A DNA stretch of 64,000 nt from an uncultured delta proteobacterium (GCA_963803975.1 CAWDOY010000031.1:1-64000); one strand, 5' to 3'. Positions 11,018-24,631 are shown, counted from the stretch's first letter. Program-made: numbers and translations. Notes: a model not told the origin generated them from the letters alone.

Positions 11018-11680
11018 ATGAAGACCTTTGAACAGGAATTGAAAAGCTCCGAGCGCAGGCTCCTTGAGCGTTTGACCTCACCGGCCAGGATACAGGATTT
11101 TCTGGATGAATGCGCGTACAGCACTGACGAGGCTAACCACTGCCCGCTCTATGTCCTGCGCAGGCGCGCTGCCAACTGCTTTGACGGGGCCGTGTTTGCT
11201 GCCGCGGCGCTTCGCCGCCTGGGATACCCGCCGCTGATTCTTGACATGCTCGCCAATCGCCGGGATGATGATCATATACTGGCGCTGTACAAAAGGGAAG
11301 GGCACTGGGGCGCGCTCGCCAAGTCAAATTTCACCGGCCTGCGCTTTCGCGAGCCGGCGTACCGCACCCTGCGGGAGCTGGTGATGTCGTACTTTGAGCA
11401 GTACTATAATGTAGCGCGGGAGAAGACGCTGCGGGGATACACGCTGCCGCTGAACCTGAAGACGCTTGACAGGATTTCGTGGCTGACAGAGGACAAGGCC
11501 ATGGAGCGGATAGAAGACCGGCTGGTGTGGATGCCGCGAAGTAAGCTGCTCACGCGGAGCATGATAGCCCGTCTTTCTCCCGTGGATGAAAGAACCTGCC
11601 GGGCCGGGCTGCTCGGCGCGAACAAGGCGGGCTTATACAAGCCGCAGCATAAGCCGGGAAGCGGAGATCGGGGTTCGTGA
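11018..11680 (+). CDS. Conserved hypothetical protein, transglutaminase/papain-like
   Basis: ANCFDGA, DDDHILA and KSNFTGLRFREP motifs. Confidence 0.65.
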   Translation: MKTFEQELKSSERRLLERLTSPARIQDFLDECAYSTDEANHCPLYVLRRRAANCFDGAVFAAAALRRLGYPPLILDMLANRRDDDHILALYKREGHWGALAKSNFTGLRFREPAYRTLRELVMSYFEQYYNVAREKTLRGYTLPLNLKTLDRISWLTEDKAMERIEDRLVWMPRSKLLTRSMIARLSPVDERTCRAGLLGANKAGLYKPQHKPGSGDRGS

Positions 11681-11908
11681 CTCGGGGCTCGGGGCGGGTG
11701 AATCGGTGAGTCGGTGAATGGGAAAAAGAGAAAAGTGCTGAGTGCTGAGTAACGAGTGCTGAGGGAAAAAGGAGGAAAGACAAGACACAAAGGCACCGAG
11801 CCAAGGAGAAAAAGGTACAGAGAAAACAAGAAGGCCTGGAGTCAGGCATGATGGCCATACAATATAAAAAAAGCCGGGCTTAGAAGAACCCGGCTTTTTG
11901 TCGCCTAG

Positions 11909-12059
11909 CAGGCTGTTGAAAAACACCCATCTGCTTCGTTGCGCTCATCCTTCGTCATTGCGACGTACGGTACAGTACGCCTCATTCCTCTTGATTTCGC
12001 GCGCCTTGCATCCGGATGTTTTTGACCAGCCTGGGGAAAACTATTTTTTCAACAACCTG
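11909..12059 (+). mobile_element. MITE-like element copy 1
   Basis: CAGGCTGTTGAAAAA...TTTTTCAACAACCTG terminal inverted repeats; flanked by CTAG/ATAG; similar to 49631-49782. Confidence 0.75.
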
Positions 12060-12104
12060 ATAGAACTCTGTTGGTGATTTCTGCACCGCGGTTTTCTCCT
12101 GCGT

Positions 12105-12201
12105 TTATTTTGGAACTTCGCTCAGCGGGATGCCCAGCGCGTCAGCCACCCCTTTGCCGTAAGCTGGGTCAGCCTTCAGGCAGTTGCTGATGTTGCGGAT
12201 G
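12105..12201 (-). pseudogene. katA: C-terminal remnant of a monofunctional catalase
   Basis: Translates to IRNISNCLKADPAYGKGVADALGIPLSEVPK*. Confidence 0.7.
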
Positions 12202-12232
12202 TCAGGAACCCTCGAAGACGTTTATGCGACGA

Positions 12233-14469
<2,237 letters not shown>

Positions 14470-14504
14470 CTACCATTAATAATAGTGTATCGCTGCCCAG
14501 CTAT

Positions 14505-14631
14505 CTAACTTCTCCAAAAACCAGACATCTTAGAGTAGTAACGGGCCGCGGGGTCCGGCGGTCATGGTGTTCTGGTTATCGGCTACGGGAGCGCCGTTTC
14601 TTGTGGTGAGTTTCCCTTTTTTCTTTGCCAT
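14505..14631 (-). pseudogene. katA: N-terminal remnant of a monofunctional catalase
   Basis: [44 protein letters not shown] replaces the conserved Gln codon. Confidence 0.8.
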
Positions 14632-14781
14632 TGTTCTCTCTCATTTCGTGTTGTTGAATTATGAAAATATAAACCGCTGACCGCTTTTCAATTGCAGAGT
14701 GCCCTCTGTGCCAAAGCCACAGCCCGCCGAGCCGTCGCTTCGTCGCGGCTGGCGCGACGAGCAGATTTGAGTTTGCCGTTC

Positions 14782-14823
14782 GGCCCAGAGCCTTTCGGCA
14801 ACGAGCTCACGGCCGATGGGCGG
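14782..14823. repeat. REP-like dispersed repeat
   Basis: Reverse complement of 40797-40839 (core CGTTGCCGAAAGGCTC). Confidence 0.6.
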
Positions 14824-15099
14824 AATGCAGGTCACGAGTCATCCATCCTCCGCAGTTCACACTCCGCTCGCCTTCATAAGTAAGCCTGGTGCAGGGTGAA
14901 GGTCTGGTTTTGATGGGCGAGTGCTACGAAGGACGGGCTGGTCACGAACCCCGAGCCCCGAACCCTAACAAAACCTTTTCCCCCTGTATTATGTTGAGCA
15001 CATGAGCTTTTTAAAATCCACCCCCATGGGAGAATAACTGTTTTATCGAAAATAATTATCAACAAAGAATCATTATCCTTTTGTACGCAAAAAAAATCC

Positions 15100-15561
15100 T
15101 TACTTCTTCTTCTGGCATGCAGGGCACACGCCGAAGAAATCCAAACGGTGGGACTGTATCTTGTAGCCTGTTTTCCGGCCCATCTCCCGGCTGAGTTCAT
15201 CAAGCGTTGCGAGCTCCGGGTCCATTATCTTTTTGCACTTTGTGCAAATGACATGGGGGTGGGGGTATGGCCTGTTGCCGTCGTACCGGTTGTTGCCGTC
15301 ATGAAAACCCAGTTCCAGAACCTCGCCCAGTTCCTTGAGCAGGGAGACTGTTTTGTAAACTGTAGCAAGGCTTGTTGTGGGGAATTGGGCTTTTACCTGC
15401 TTATAAATCTGATCAACGCTTGGGTGCTCTTGGCTGGCAGCCAGAATGCTGAGCACGGCATGTCGCTGGGGTGTAATGCGAAAGTCGCTGACTCTCAGTT
15501 TTTCAAGCATCCCCTGTACGCGCTTATCAGGATCGATTGCATCAATGCGGTTTTTCACCAT
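15100..15561 (-). CDS. perR: Fur-family regulator, PerR-like
   Basis: RITPQR, HPSVDQIY, SLATVYKT, HPHVICTKC, C-terminal CPAC; next to katG. Confidence 0.85.
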   Translation of the reverse strand: MVKNRIDAIDPDKRVQGMLEKLRVSDFRITPQRHAVLSILAASQEHPSVDQIYKQVKAQFPTTSLATVYKTVSLLKELGEVLELGFHDGNNRYDGNRPYPHPHVICTKCKKIMDPELATLDELSREMGRKTGYKIQSHRLDFFGVCPACQKKK

Positions 15562-15577
15562 AGCATACCAGAAAAAG

Positions 15578-15610
15578 AAAATGATTATCCATTAATAATG
15601 ATTATTGTTT
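15578..15610. promoter_or_regulatory. Fur/PerR box-like sites
   Basis: AATGATTATCCATTAATAATGATTATTG just upstream of perR; related AAAATAATTATC near 15050. Confidence 0.55.
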
Positions 15611-15756
15611 ACATTTTAAAAGATACTCGATCATCCGCCCTTTGTCAAGACCATCAGACAGGAAACATTTTAGTGGATAACAGGGACCGCGGGGGTGTTG
15701 AAAAAGTCTCCCTGACAAATAATTATATATGGAGACACAATGATAGCGCAATAAAT

Positions 15757-15810
15757 CCCACGTACGGTGGTGTGAGAGGACGGGAGGCGTGAGCCCTGCT
15801 CCTACCCGAT
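15757..15810 (+). mobile_element. Group II intron 3' remnant (partial domain V plus domain VI, IIC-like)
   Basis: CACGTACGGTGGTGTGAGAGGACGGGAGG...CTCCTACCCGAT. Confidence 0.7.
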
Positions 15811-15826
15811 ACTATTAAATCTTAGT

Positions 15827-17036
15827 CTATTTTTCTTTGACCGCAGGTAAAATATAGTCAGATAAGAATTTGAACCCCGAAAACATGCTGGCGAGGTCGT
15901 CTAAATTTACGTCTAAATTTACAGCTGTAGAAACAACCACCATGTCAAGGGGGGGAATTATAAAAATGCACTGACCGCCGAGTCCCAGAGCGCAATAAAT
16001 TTCGTTTAGTCTCAATGATTTTCCTACCGTAGCATTAACCGGAAAAATCCACCAGAGATATCCGTAATATAAGTCAACTTTATGGTTAAAAATCATTATA
16101 TTGGTTATGCGCTTAGCCGTAGATGTTTCTACCCACGCCTGCTGGTATTATTTGCTCTCCCTTTAACAATCCCTTTTTTAAATAAAGGTAGCCGAACATT
16201 GCCATATCCACGGGATGTAAAGAAAGTCCTGCCCCTGTTTCGCTAATACCCTTAGGACCTTTTACCCATGCCCAATCTGTTATGCCCATCGGATGGAAAA
16301 GATTGTCTGCGGCAAAATCTTCTGCCGACAGTCCGGTTGTATTGGTTATTATTCCCGATAGCAAATCAAGGCTGCCGCTATTGTATAGCCATTCGGTTCC
16401 TGGATCGCTGGCCATGGGTTGGTTAAGAACATACTTAATGTAGTCACGGCTGAACAGCATTCTGATCATGTCATTTTTAAAATTGGGAAAGATGCCGATT
16501 GTGTACGGGGTGGATAGTTCATTCCATTCAAGGCCGGTTGTCATAGTCAGAACATTTTCGAGAGTAATGGACTGCTTTTTTTCATCCATATTCCTGAGAT
16601 GACTATACTCGGGGAAGAAGCTCAGCAGCTTTGCATCGAGCCCCTTAATCTTACCCTGATCCAATGCAATGCCGAACAATGCGGAGGTGACGCTCTTGGT
16701 AACGGAAAAACAGGGATGCCGCATGTCACGGGTCCAGCCCTGAAAATATTTTTCCAAAACCAGATTGTCATTCTGAATAATGATAAGGCTGTGGGTATTA
16801 CCGTAATTACCTTTTTCAATTGCGCTCACGAGTTCTGCAAGTTTCTCCTGATCCAGAGTGTATGGGGAGGTGCCGAAACCCGGAAGCTCATCAATTGCAT
16901 AGGTATCCTGGGGATGTTCATCGGGGAGTGCCAGGACAGCAGTAGGGATGAACGCACCAGCAAATAAGAGTAGTACTAAAAAGGTAACAATAGATGAAGA
17001 AGATACTGTTGATTTTATTTTATTGCGATTCATCAT
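15827..17036 (-). CDS. Serine hydrolase, beta-lactamase class C family (frameshift about 16135)
   Basis: FSVTKS (SxxK), YNS; C-terminal YGYLWW and ALGLGGQ in ORF 15827-16096. Confidence 0.85.
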
Positions 17037-17220
17037 ACCTGCCCTTCATAAGCAAATAGTTTTAACTGTGATCCCGATCAATAAACAGCTTTCCCCAGAG
17101 GGGCATTAAAAAAGATTTATGAGCAATGACTTTTTAATAGATTGACCGGAAAATAAAACGGCAGGGTTAAGTAAAAGCCCTGCCGTTGTTATAATAATCC
17201 TTTTGAAAAATACTGATTTT

Positions 17221-18015
17221 CTACTCAGGAAGTACTATCTCACAGTTTTCTGTCAGCATTATATCCATCGGCTCTGATTCCGCGACCTTATTCTTTATCT
17301 TTACACTATACTGCCCCGGCTCAAGATTACTATTGAATAAGCAATAACTCATACCAGTCCCGGGGTCCATTATCCAACCATATACTTTAGCCTTGATCAA
17401 TTTACCATCTTGACCATCTTGATTCTCAAAATATACTTTCAGGTTTGCCGTGGTTGCCCCAAAATATTTACCGGTCATGTAAAAGACATCACAATCCTTG
17501 CTCTTGCTTAACGATTTTATTTTAAACGAGTGGATGTTTAATGGCTTGATGCTGGTGATTTGTGGTGCCATTATCTCAAAACCAGCTGGACAGACAAGCG
17601 GCCTATTATCCATATTCTTTGGCACCACTTTTATATCATAGTGCCCGGGAGGGCTGATGACACTGACAATCTGAGCCACGATCTTTGAATCACTCCAGGA
17701 GAATATTTTACACTTCTTGTCCCCAATCAGAACGTTACCTTGCTGTTTACCAAACTTAGTTCCGGCTATGGTTACCCTGGTGCCTATCGTGCCGGTGGTA
17801 GTGGCGTAGGTGAATGAACAGGGAGTTGTGGCGTAGGAAAATTCAAGCGGCGCAGGATCATCGGTGAACCCTGCCACAGCACTGTCGATAGAATCTGTCG
17901 CTGCACTATTATCAGCCTCCATGGCTTGAGTCTTTGCCGTAAACGTCAGACAAAACGATAAGAAAATAAAAAATGTCACAAGTAATTTTACTGCGGTTTG
18001 ACCTTTTACTCTCAT
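17221..18015 (-). CDS. Secreted IPT/TIG-domain protein
   Basis: Signal peptide; GTIGTRVTIAGTKFG...SWSDSKI. Confidence 0.7.
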   Translation of the reverse strand: MRVKGQTAVKLLVTFFIFLSFCLTFTAKTQAMEADNSAATDSIDSAVAGFTDDPAPLEFSYATTPCSFTYATTTGTIGTRVTIAGTKFGKQQGNVLIGDKKCKIFSWSDSKIVAQIVSVISPPGHYDIKVVPKNMDNRPLVCPAGFEIMAPQITSIKPLNIHSFKIKSLSKSKDCDVFYMTGKYFGATTANLKVYFENQDGQDGKLIKAKVYGWIMDPGTGMSYCLFNSNLEPGQYSVKIKNKVAESEPMDIMLTENCEIVLPE

Positions 18016-18291
18016 TTTATGTCTCCTTTTGTCAGCCCTGTTAAATAGTTTCTCATGCCCCTCTGATAAAATCCCTTCTTACTATAAAAACAACGTAGCA
18101 TGTAAAATTATATTAAGCAACTATATTTATTTAATCTCATATATAAAAAGATTTTTGTTGTCAACCTGATAGATTTCCTCATGATTAAAAAAACCGCCAA
18201 CAGGTAATTAATCCCTGACAGCGGTTTCTTGCTTATAGAAAAACCAGTGGCATAAAGCGTTCGAAAAAATAGCCATCAGAGCAGCTTCTGA

Positions 18292-20001
18292 CTATTGCAC
18301 TTGAAACAGCGCCTGTATGGTCTCCTCAAAGGGATTTTCAATGTTTCCATTTGCAGTTTTTATTTTCACCTGCCACTGTCCGGCAGTGGCGTCTTTCCCT
18401 ATGCAGATTGGGACAAAAATAATATTCCCGACCTTAAACGAATTTCTCCTGCCATCAACTTCAACTCCCTGCCAATTCTCCTGCGAGCCTTCAATCGTTA
18501 TGGTGCTGCGCACAGCACTGTAATGGTTATCCTCCGGGCAGTTTACCAATAACCACGGGCATCTTGTTGCGCGGACAATTGGCCTGCGCACACTTTTTTG
18601 CAGGGATGTAGCAGTTAGCTCAAATATGTCCCAGCACTGATCCTGATCTTCCCTGCACTGTTTTCCGGTATCACAGGGACTGATCCCGGGAACACAGGCG
18701 CCGTTTGCGCATCGCTCAGTGCCATTGCAGAACAGGCCATCATCACAATCTGCAGCACTGGTGCATTGAGATGGCGGAGCAGTAGTGGTAGTAGTTGTTG
18801 GCGATGTGCTGGTGGTAGTGGTGTCAGATGATACGGTGGTTGTGGTTGAACTGCCGCCGCCTCCACCGCCCCCGCCACCTCCTCCGCCATCAGCAGTGGT
18901 GGTTGTGTCAGTCCTTATGGTGCCGTTTGCATACTTCAGATCGCCATTTATTGCATCGTAATAGCTCATATATGCTTTATTGGTGTTGTCAAGAGCGAGA
19001 AAAGAGTAAGATCCGACATCTTCACTGTTGTCCACAATGTCTATCTGCCAGACACTGCCGTTGTAGCGGGCATACTTGAGGTCGCCATAGATAAAATCAT
19101 AGTAACTGATATTAGGCTGGTTGTTACTGTCAAGGGCAAGGGAGGTGTACCCTCCTACGTTATCTTCAGTGCTGTCCACTCGCTTTATCTGCCAGACACT
19201 GCCATCATAGTGCGCGTACTTGAGGTCGCCATTGGTAGCATCATAGTAGCTGATATGAGGATTATTATCTTTGTCAAGTGCAAGGGAGTTGTAAGAGCCC
19301 ACATCACCAGCGCTGTCCACTCGCTCTATCTGCCAGACACTGCCATCATAGTGTGCGTACTTGAGGTCTGCATTGGTAGCATCATAGTAGCTGATGTGGG
19401 GGTTATTATCACTGTCAAGAGCAAGAAAGCAGTAATCTCCCACGTCATCATTACCGGTGATTCCGTCTACTGTCTGAGGGGGAAGCCACACACTGCCGTC
19501 ATAACGCGTATATTTTAAAATTCCCTTTGGATAAGCATCATAGTAACTGATGTGAGGGTTATCTGTGCTGTCAATAGCTATTGAGGTTGCCAACCCCAGA
19601 TTGCCACCGCTATCCACGGTAGCTATCTTCCAATCTATGCCAGTATGGTTCGCATACTTTAGATTACCATTTAAGTTATCAACATAACTGATTTGGGGTT
19701 TATCTGTACTGTCAAGGGCTATTGAGGTTGCCAACCCCGTATCTTCAGTGCTATCAACGATCTCCTTCAACCAGATGTTGCCAACCAATCGTGCATATGT
19801 AAGGCCGCCATTGGTTGAATCATAATAGCTGATGTGGGGGTTATTCTTGCTGTCAAGGGCGAGAGCGCTCCACTGTCCCACATCCGAAGTGCTGCTATCA
19901 ACTGTTGCAACCTGCCAATCGGCTGAAGCCAGACGGATAGTGAACAGAGTAAAAACCAAAGCTCCAGCAATTGCTGTTTTCAACATTCTATTACAGTTCA
20001 T
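18292..20001 (-). CDS. Secreted beta-propeller repeat protein with Gly/Thr linker and Cys-rich module
   Basis: About 7 repeats of SLALDxxNxPHISYYDxxNGDLKYA; poly-G/T; CDDGLFCNGTERC. Confidence 0.85.
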   Translation of the reverse strand: MNCNRMLKTAIAGALVFTLFTIRLASADWQVATVDSSTSDVGQWSALALDSKNNPHISYYDSTNGGLTYARLVGNIWLKEIVDSTEDTGLATSIALDSTDKPQISYVDNLNGNLKYANHTGIDWKIATVDSGGNLGLATSIAIDSTDNPHISYYDAYPKGILKYTRYDGSVWLPPQTVDGITGNDDVGDYCFLALDSDNNPHISYYDATNADLKYAHYDGSVWQIERVDSAGDVGSYNSLALDKDNNPHISYYDATNGDLKYAHYDGSVWQIKRVDSTEDNVGGYTSLALDSNNQPNISYYDFIYGDLKYARYNGSVWQIDIVDNSEDVGSYSFLALDNTNKAYMSYYDAINGDLKYANGTIRTDTTTTADGGGGGGGGGGGGSSTTTTVSSDTTTTSTSPTTTTTTAPPSQCTSAADCDDGLFCNGTERCANGACVPGISPCDTGKQCREDQDQCWDIFELTATSLQKSVRRPIVRATRCPWLLVNCPEDNHYSAVRSTITIEGSQENWQGVEVDGRRNSFKVGNIIFVPICIGKDATAGQWQVKIKTANGNIENPFEETIQALFQVQ

Positions 20002-20109
20002 GATGCCTGCCCCATAAGATTAAAAAGTGTGGAGTAGATTATTGGTAAATATTTTTTACAGAAAAAACTGAAAGATATATTACGCAAAATATACTATTTT
20101 TTGCAAAGA

Positions 20110-20141
20110 CAAAGGCAGAGCCATTACTGGCTCTGCCTTTG
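20110..20141 (-). terminator. Hairpin terminator
   Basis: CAAAGGCAGAGCCA-TTAC-TGGCTCTGCCTTTG perfect stem. Confidence 0.65.
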
Positions 20142-20172
20142 TGCGTACTGTTTTAGTATTGATCCTGTTTAA

Positions 20173-22619
20173 TCATTTAGTACATTTACCACGGAGTTTA
20201 CAAATAGTAATCTCATCCTCGAATATTGAGAACCCTACTTGGTTCTTTACCTTCAGATTATACGGCCCTGAAGCAAAATGCTCCTTGGGAAGAACAATCA
20301 CTGCCGTGCTTTCCCCGGTCACAGGATTCATCTTATCGCTGATGATTTTGCATTTATCATTTAAATCGCCTGGCGGGCCAAAATAGAACTTCAAGCTGCT
20401 ATCCTTGTTCCCAAAGAACCCGCCTTTCACCGTGAACTGGTTATTACAATTCTGCTGAGTTAAGCTGCAAACTACCGGGGCCATAATTTCAAATGCATCT
20501 TCATATACTATCTCATCACACCTCTTTTCCTTTGATCTTAATATCATATATACCGGGCGGTAATGCGCTGTTGATCTCACACACTAGTTTTGTATTGCTA
20601 GAGGACAGAGCCTTGCATTTTTTACTGCCAATATATACGCTTGCAGACTTCAAACAAGTGCCCGTGATGGTTATTTTAGTGCCGAGGGTGCCCTGCAGCG
20701 GAGAGATCGGTATGACTCAACTGGATCAATTCCCAGCCGCCCTGCGGTTTGTCCGGATCAGTCTCGAGGTTCATAGGATTCGCCATCCCGAGGTAGAAAA
20801 TATTCTGAGTTGTGGTCTGGTTGCAAAAGTCTTGGGGTGTGGTTTTATACGCAAAGTCTTGGGGCGCTGAAGAATCAGCAAGACCATCTGTCTGAGGTTC
20901 AGAGGGAAGCATGGTGCGAATACCATAGTTAAGGTAATTCCCCACTCCATCATTTGACTCAAGAGTAAAAGGCTGATCAGCACTCCTGGCCACAAACAGG
21001 TCTGCACCGAAACCCAGTTGGGGCTGCAGGTGGTCCATGAACTCTTCAAGCATTTCCGGATCTAATGTTATTCCGGGAATGGCAGGGTTTGCTCCACCCT
21101 GCTGGTTGGCTAAAGTAACAAGCATCTGTTCCAGTACATAGCTCCAGTCAAATGTGCCAACAAGCAGACTGGCAAATGCAGGTGTTTTCTTAAAACCAAC
21201 GCCCATGGTCCAGGTATAGGTGTTGAAGAAATTACCAATCCCTGATGGTCCATATTTGGGCACAGGGTTTGGCATTTTATTCTGATGCATAGCATCTTCT
21301 GCAATAGTGTAACTTTTGGCAGCAGAGTCATATACCGGTAGATACTGTTCACCATACAGTATTTCTATTTGCTGGCCCGGTGTGCCGAAGTTTTTACCGG
21401 CAAAAATGCTGATAGCCCGGTGCGTGCCTAACGCGGTGGTCAGGAAATCATCTGTTCCCAAACCATCTCCTGCAGGATCAAGATTGATTACACCCTTCTC
21501 AGCGAGTCCTAATGCGACTTGTGTTGCTAAAAATGGTACGTGCATGGTTCCCCAGAATAGAGTGCCATCAAAGGAAGCAAGATCACCACCTGCATAGGTA
21601 CTTACAACAAATTTGTCAGGTTCATAGTCGGATGACTTCCATACTTTAACCCAGTTGTTCGCATCTGTACTGGTTAATCCTCCCGGAGGGACTACCGGGC
21701 TCATGTAGAGGCTTATCGGAGGTGATGGTTGACCACCCAGTAGTGTAGCTGGCCAGGTCGTGATAAATAGACGACCTTCATGCAGGGCGATGTTTGACCC
21801 CTCTGTATCCAGGTTTCCAACAACTTCGAACTGGAATGGATCGACATCACTTCCAATCCACCGTAACACGGTCCCACCACCAGCGGTGTTCTGTACAGCG
21901 GTATAAAGCACGCCGTCAACAGCTGCCCATTTTCTGATATCATTATATTCCGGGAAATTTTTAGCGCCTAACGATGAGCCGTCAGATTTAAATGCAAACA
22001 TATTGATGCCATTCCCTAAGCCTGGCCCTGCCAGGAAAATTACATCATTTAATGAGCCGGCTGAACGAAGGCCTAATGTTTTGTTGATGAGAGGTCCTGC
22101 TAAAGGTGTTCTGTCAATTACGTCTTGAGTTTCCGGGTTGTATTCATAGATTCTTGGCGCCCTCCAATCACCGATAGAAGCAGGCAGAGGCGGCACTAAC
22201 GGGCCCTCTCCAAACTCGCATACAAATGAAGGAGCTTCTATTGGCGTACCAGCTGATCCTAATATTCCACCGATAACAAGGCAAAGCACATTCGGAGCAG
22301 TTCCAAACCAGACGTTCCCCTGCTGGGTAAGCCCCCATACGTATGCCTGGTTTACTTTTGGCTTGCCTTCACTACAGGGTGGTTTCGTTATAGGCTCACC
22401 AATTCCGTTAAAACACTCATCCGGTTGCGCCTTTGCGACCACTTTTTTTGCAAAAAATGGTTCTGGAATTTGTGGGGTGTTGTAGATATTTGCATAGTAC
22501 GTTAACAAGTCACTCAAAGGCCCTGGTGGTATCTGCGCCTGAGACAGTGGTGCCAGTAACAGTACCATGAAGAGACTCGACAGAATGATCCCGGCTGATT
22601 TATTTTTTATCTTTTTCAT
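20173..22619 (-). CDS. Large secreted protein with C-terminal IPT/TIG domains (two frameshifts)
   Basis: 647 aa ORF continues as ISPLQGTLGTKITITG...ALPPGIYDIKI, then into ORF 20173-20580. Confidence 0.7.
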
Positions 22620-23097
22620 ACTCCCCTCCGGATTAAATTAGGTTTGTTGTTTAAAAACTATTAAACGTAACTCTCTTTTTAAAACTTTTTTTGTCTTGGT
22701 TTTGGTACCTCCTTTCAGAATTTAATTGTCATTTTTATTGACGTTGAAATCAAAAATAAAAAACGCTAACAGGTAATATAAACCTGAAAGCGGTTTTTTT
22801 TAATGAATTTAAGAACTAATGAAGCTTGCATGTCACCCCTTCTGCTGGTCATGTCTGCCTCTTTTAATGTGTTCTTATTATTACGTATAATGTGATTTAG
22901 TGAGAGTAATCTTTCAATTTGTTGCAATTATATATATATGCGAAACCTTGTCAAGCAAAACAAATTATGTTTATAAAATATTATAATGGCGATTATTTAA
23001 TTAAATTATAAATAATAAATTATAAACATATTTTATTTATATAATATAATACAAAATTAAATTAATAATAAGGTATAAAAGGAACCGCCCGTTTTAC

Positions 23098-23250
23098 ATG
23101 TTCAGATATAGATTGACACCATGCCCAGAGTAGCAAGAACTGTAGCAAAAGGATATTCCCATCATATAACTCAGCAGGGAAATTAACTGCTGGTGGTATT
23201 TGAGGCCGAGGCCGACTACCTGCAGTATAGGGAATGGTTACAACAATAGG
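23098..23250 (+). pseudogene. Truncated, degenerate copy of the 5' end of the Y1 transposase
   Basis: Near-identical to 25221-25372; ATG at 23121, premature TAA. Confidence 0.85.
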
Positions 23251-23254
23251 GGGT

Positions 23255-23284
23255 AATCAGTGACCGGCACACCGGTCACTGATT
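23255..23284 (-). terminator. Perfect palindrome downstream of the 23303 gene
   Basis: AATCAGTGACCGG-CACA-CCGGTCACTGATT. Confidence 0.55.
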
Positions 23285-23302
23285 GAAAGCATAGGAATCT
23301 TT

Positions 23303-24601
23303 CTATTTTGCTAATTCCCAGAACTGTATACAGGAATATTCATTTGTCCTTTCCGGAAGGAAAAAATTTCCAAACTCTACCTGCTCCAGTTTGACAATGC
23401 CTTTGCCTTTTGCCAGCCACTGCCAGCCAACCCGAACTTTTTCCATCTTGAATTCAAAGGCACGCGAGATATTAAATAAGGATATCTTTATGCAGTCTTT
23501 GAATTCTCCGGCGGGCACTGTCACATCCTCGATGCATACGGGGATGTTTGAATGCTGTATCTCAGTGGTAAAATCAAGATTAGGTGTCCTGCTCGGGTAC
23601 GCGCAAATTCTTGGATATGCGGCAGAGGTAAAAAACGAGCCGATATTCAGGGTGCCGGGCAGAACTATTACCGGAGCTTCCGGCGGCAGGAAGGCCGTGA
23701 GACTCCGCATTGCTGATCTGAATATCTGGGGAAGCACCAGGCCTTCAGGAGTAAGCGCATAATAAAAAGTATCATTGGGGGAGCCTGATTCCGGCATATT
23801 ATAAACCAGCGGCGTTGTCAGCCACTGGTCGATTTTTTCCTGTTTTTTTATCTCTATGGAAGCCGGTTTGCCGTCATGACTTTTATAAACACTGGTGGTG
23901 CCGGCGGTAAGCGGAAAATAATCTTTAGTTGAAAAACGCCTGACCGGCTGCAGTTTTGAACCTGCATATGATTTCAGCGTATAGATTTTTTCCGCATTCC
24001 CCTGTTTCACTGCCCGTTTCACCGGGCCGATGGTCGGAGCCAGCCAGATTGTTTCAACAACAGACGCATCGCCGTCTTTTATAGTCCTTTCAACAACCGC
24101 GCAATTTCTTATTTCCTGTTTATCAACCGTCATATCCTCTACACTTTTCAGGCTGATGGTTATGGTGCGGTTGATCTGCCCGGTTTCCTTGAATTCCCCT
24201 TTCCCTCCGGGCATAGAGAACACTTTCATGCGCACATCTGTGGTAACCGGTTTATCCGGGTCAATCTCCCGGGGCAGAAAAAGTACCGGCTTCTCGGGAA
24301 TGATATATTTATCCGGCTCATATTCTCCACAGATATACAGCCCGCCCCATTCATCACGCATGCTGAGAAACCGGCAGTTATCCTGCTGCAATATAAATAC
24401 AGTGCCGACCGTGCGCTCAGTGAACGTGCCATTTATCGACCAGGTGGAAAGCAGCTTATCCCCGGGGGATGAAAAGTTCCAGAACTTGCCTTGTTGCACG
24501 GGGAAATAGCCGGTTAACACAAGAGCCGCGGCATTAGCCGCGAACAAGCATACCATCAGACCGCACACCACCGCCGGACCAACAATCCTTCTGCAGCACA
24601 T
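23303..24601 (-). CDS. Secreted protein with two tandem related domains
   Basis: Signal peptide; YFP...W(L)A..G.VK repeated twice; EDVTVPAGEFKDC. Confidence 0.7.
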   Translation of the reverse strand: MCCRRIVGPAVVCGLMVCLFAANAAALVLTGYFPVQQGKFWNFSSPGDKLLSTWSINGTFTERTVGTVFILQQDNCRFLSMRDEWGGLYICGEYEPDKYIIPEKPVLFLPREIDPDKPVTTDVRMKVFSMPGGKGEFKETGQINRTITISLKSVEDMTVDKQEIRNCAVVERTIKDGDASVVETIWLAPTIGPVKRAVKQGNAEKIYTLKSYAGSKLQPVRRFSTKDYFPLTAGTTSVYKSHDGKPASIEIKKQEKIDQWLTTPLVYNMPESGSPNDTFYYALTPEGLVLPQIFRSAMRSLTAFLPPEAPVIVLPGTLNIGSFFTSAAYPRICAYPSRTPNLDFTTEIQHSNIPVCIEDVTVPAGEFKDCIKISLFNISRAFEFKMEKVRVGWQWLAKGKGIVKLEQVEFGNFFLPERTNEYSCIQFWELAK

Positions 24602-24631
24602 ACAAATCCTCCTTCGCTATTCTGTTTTCAG

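Noticed and set aside
14530..14532. In-frame stop in the katA fragment as recoding
   Set aside because: It is TAA at a Gln position and the gene is truncated shortly after.
18920..19920. Repeated DNA units as a CRISPR array or DGR repeats
   Set aside because: They are in-frame coding repeats of a beta-propeller protein; no cas or RT gene and no unique spacers.
22960..23080. AT-rich tract as a replication origin
   Set aside because: No DnaA-box cluster, iterons or rep/dnaA gene seen.
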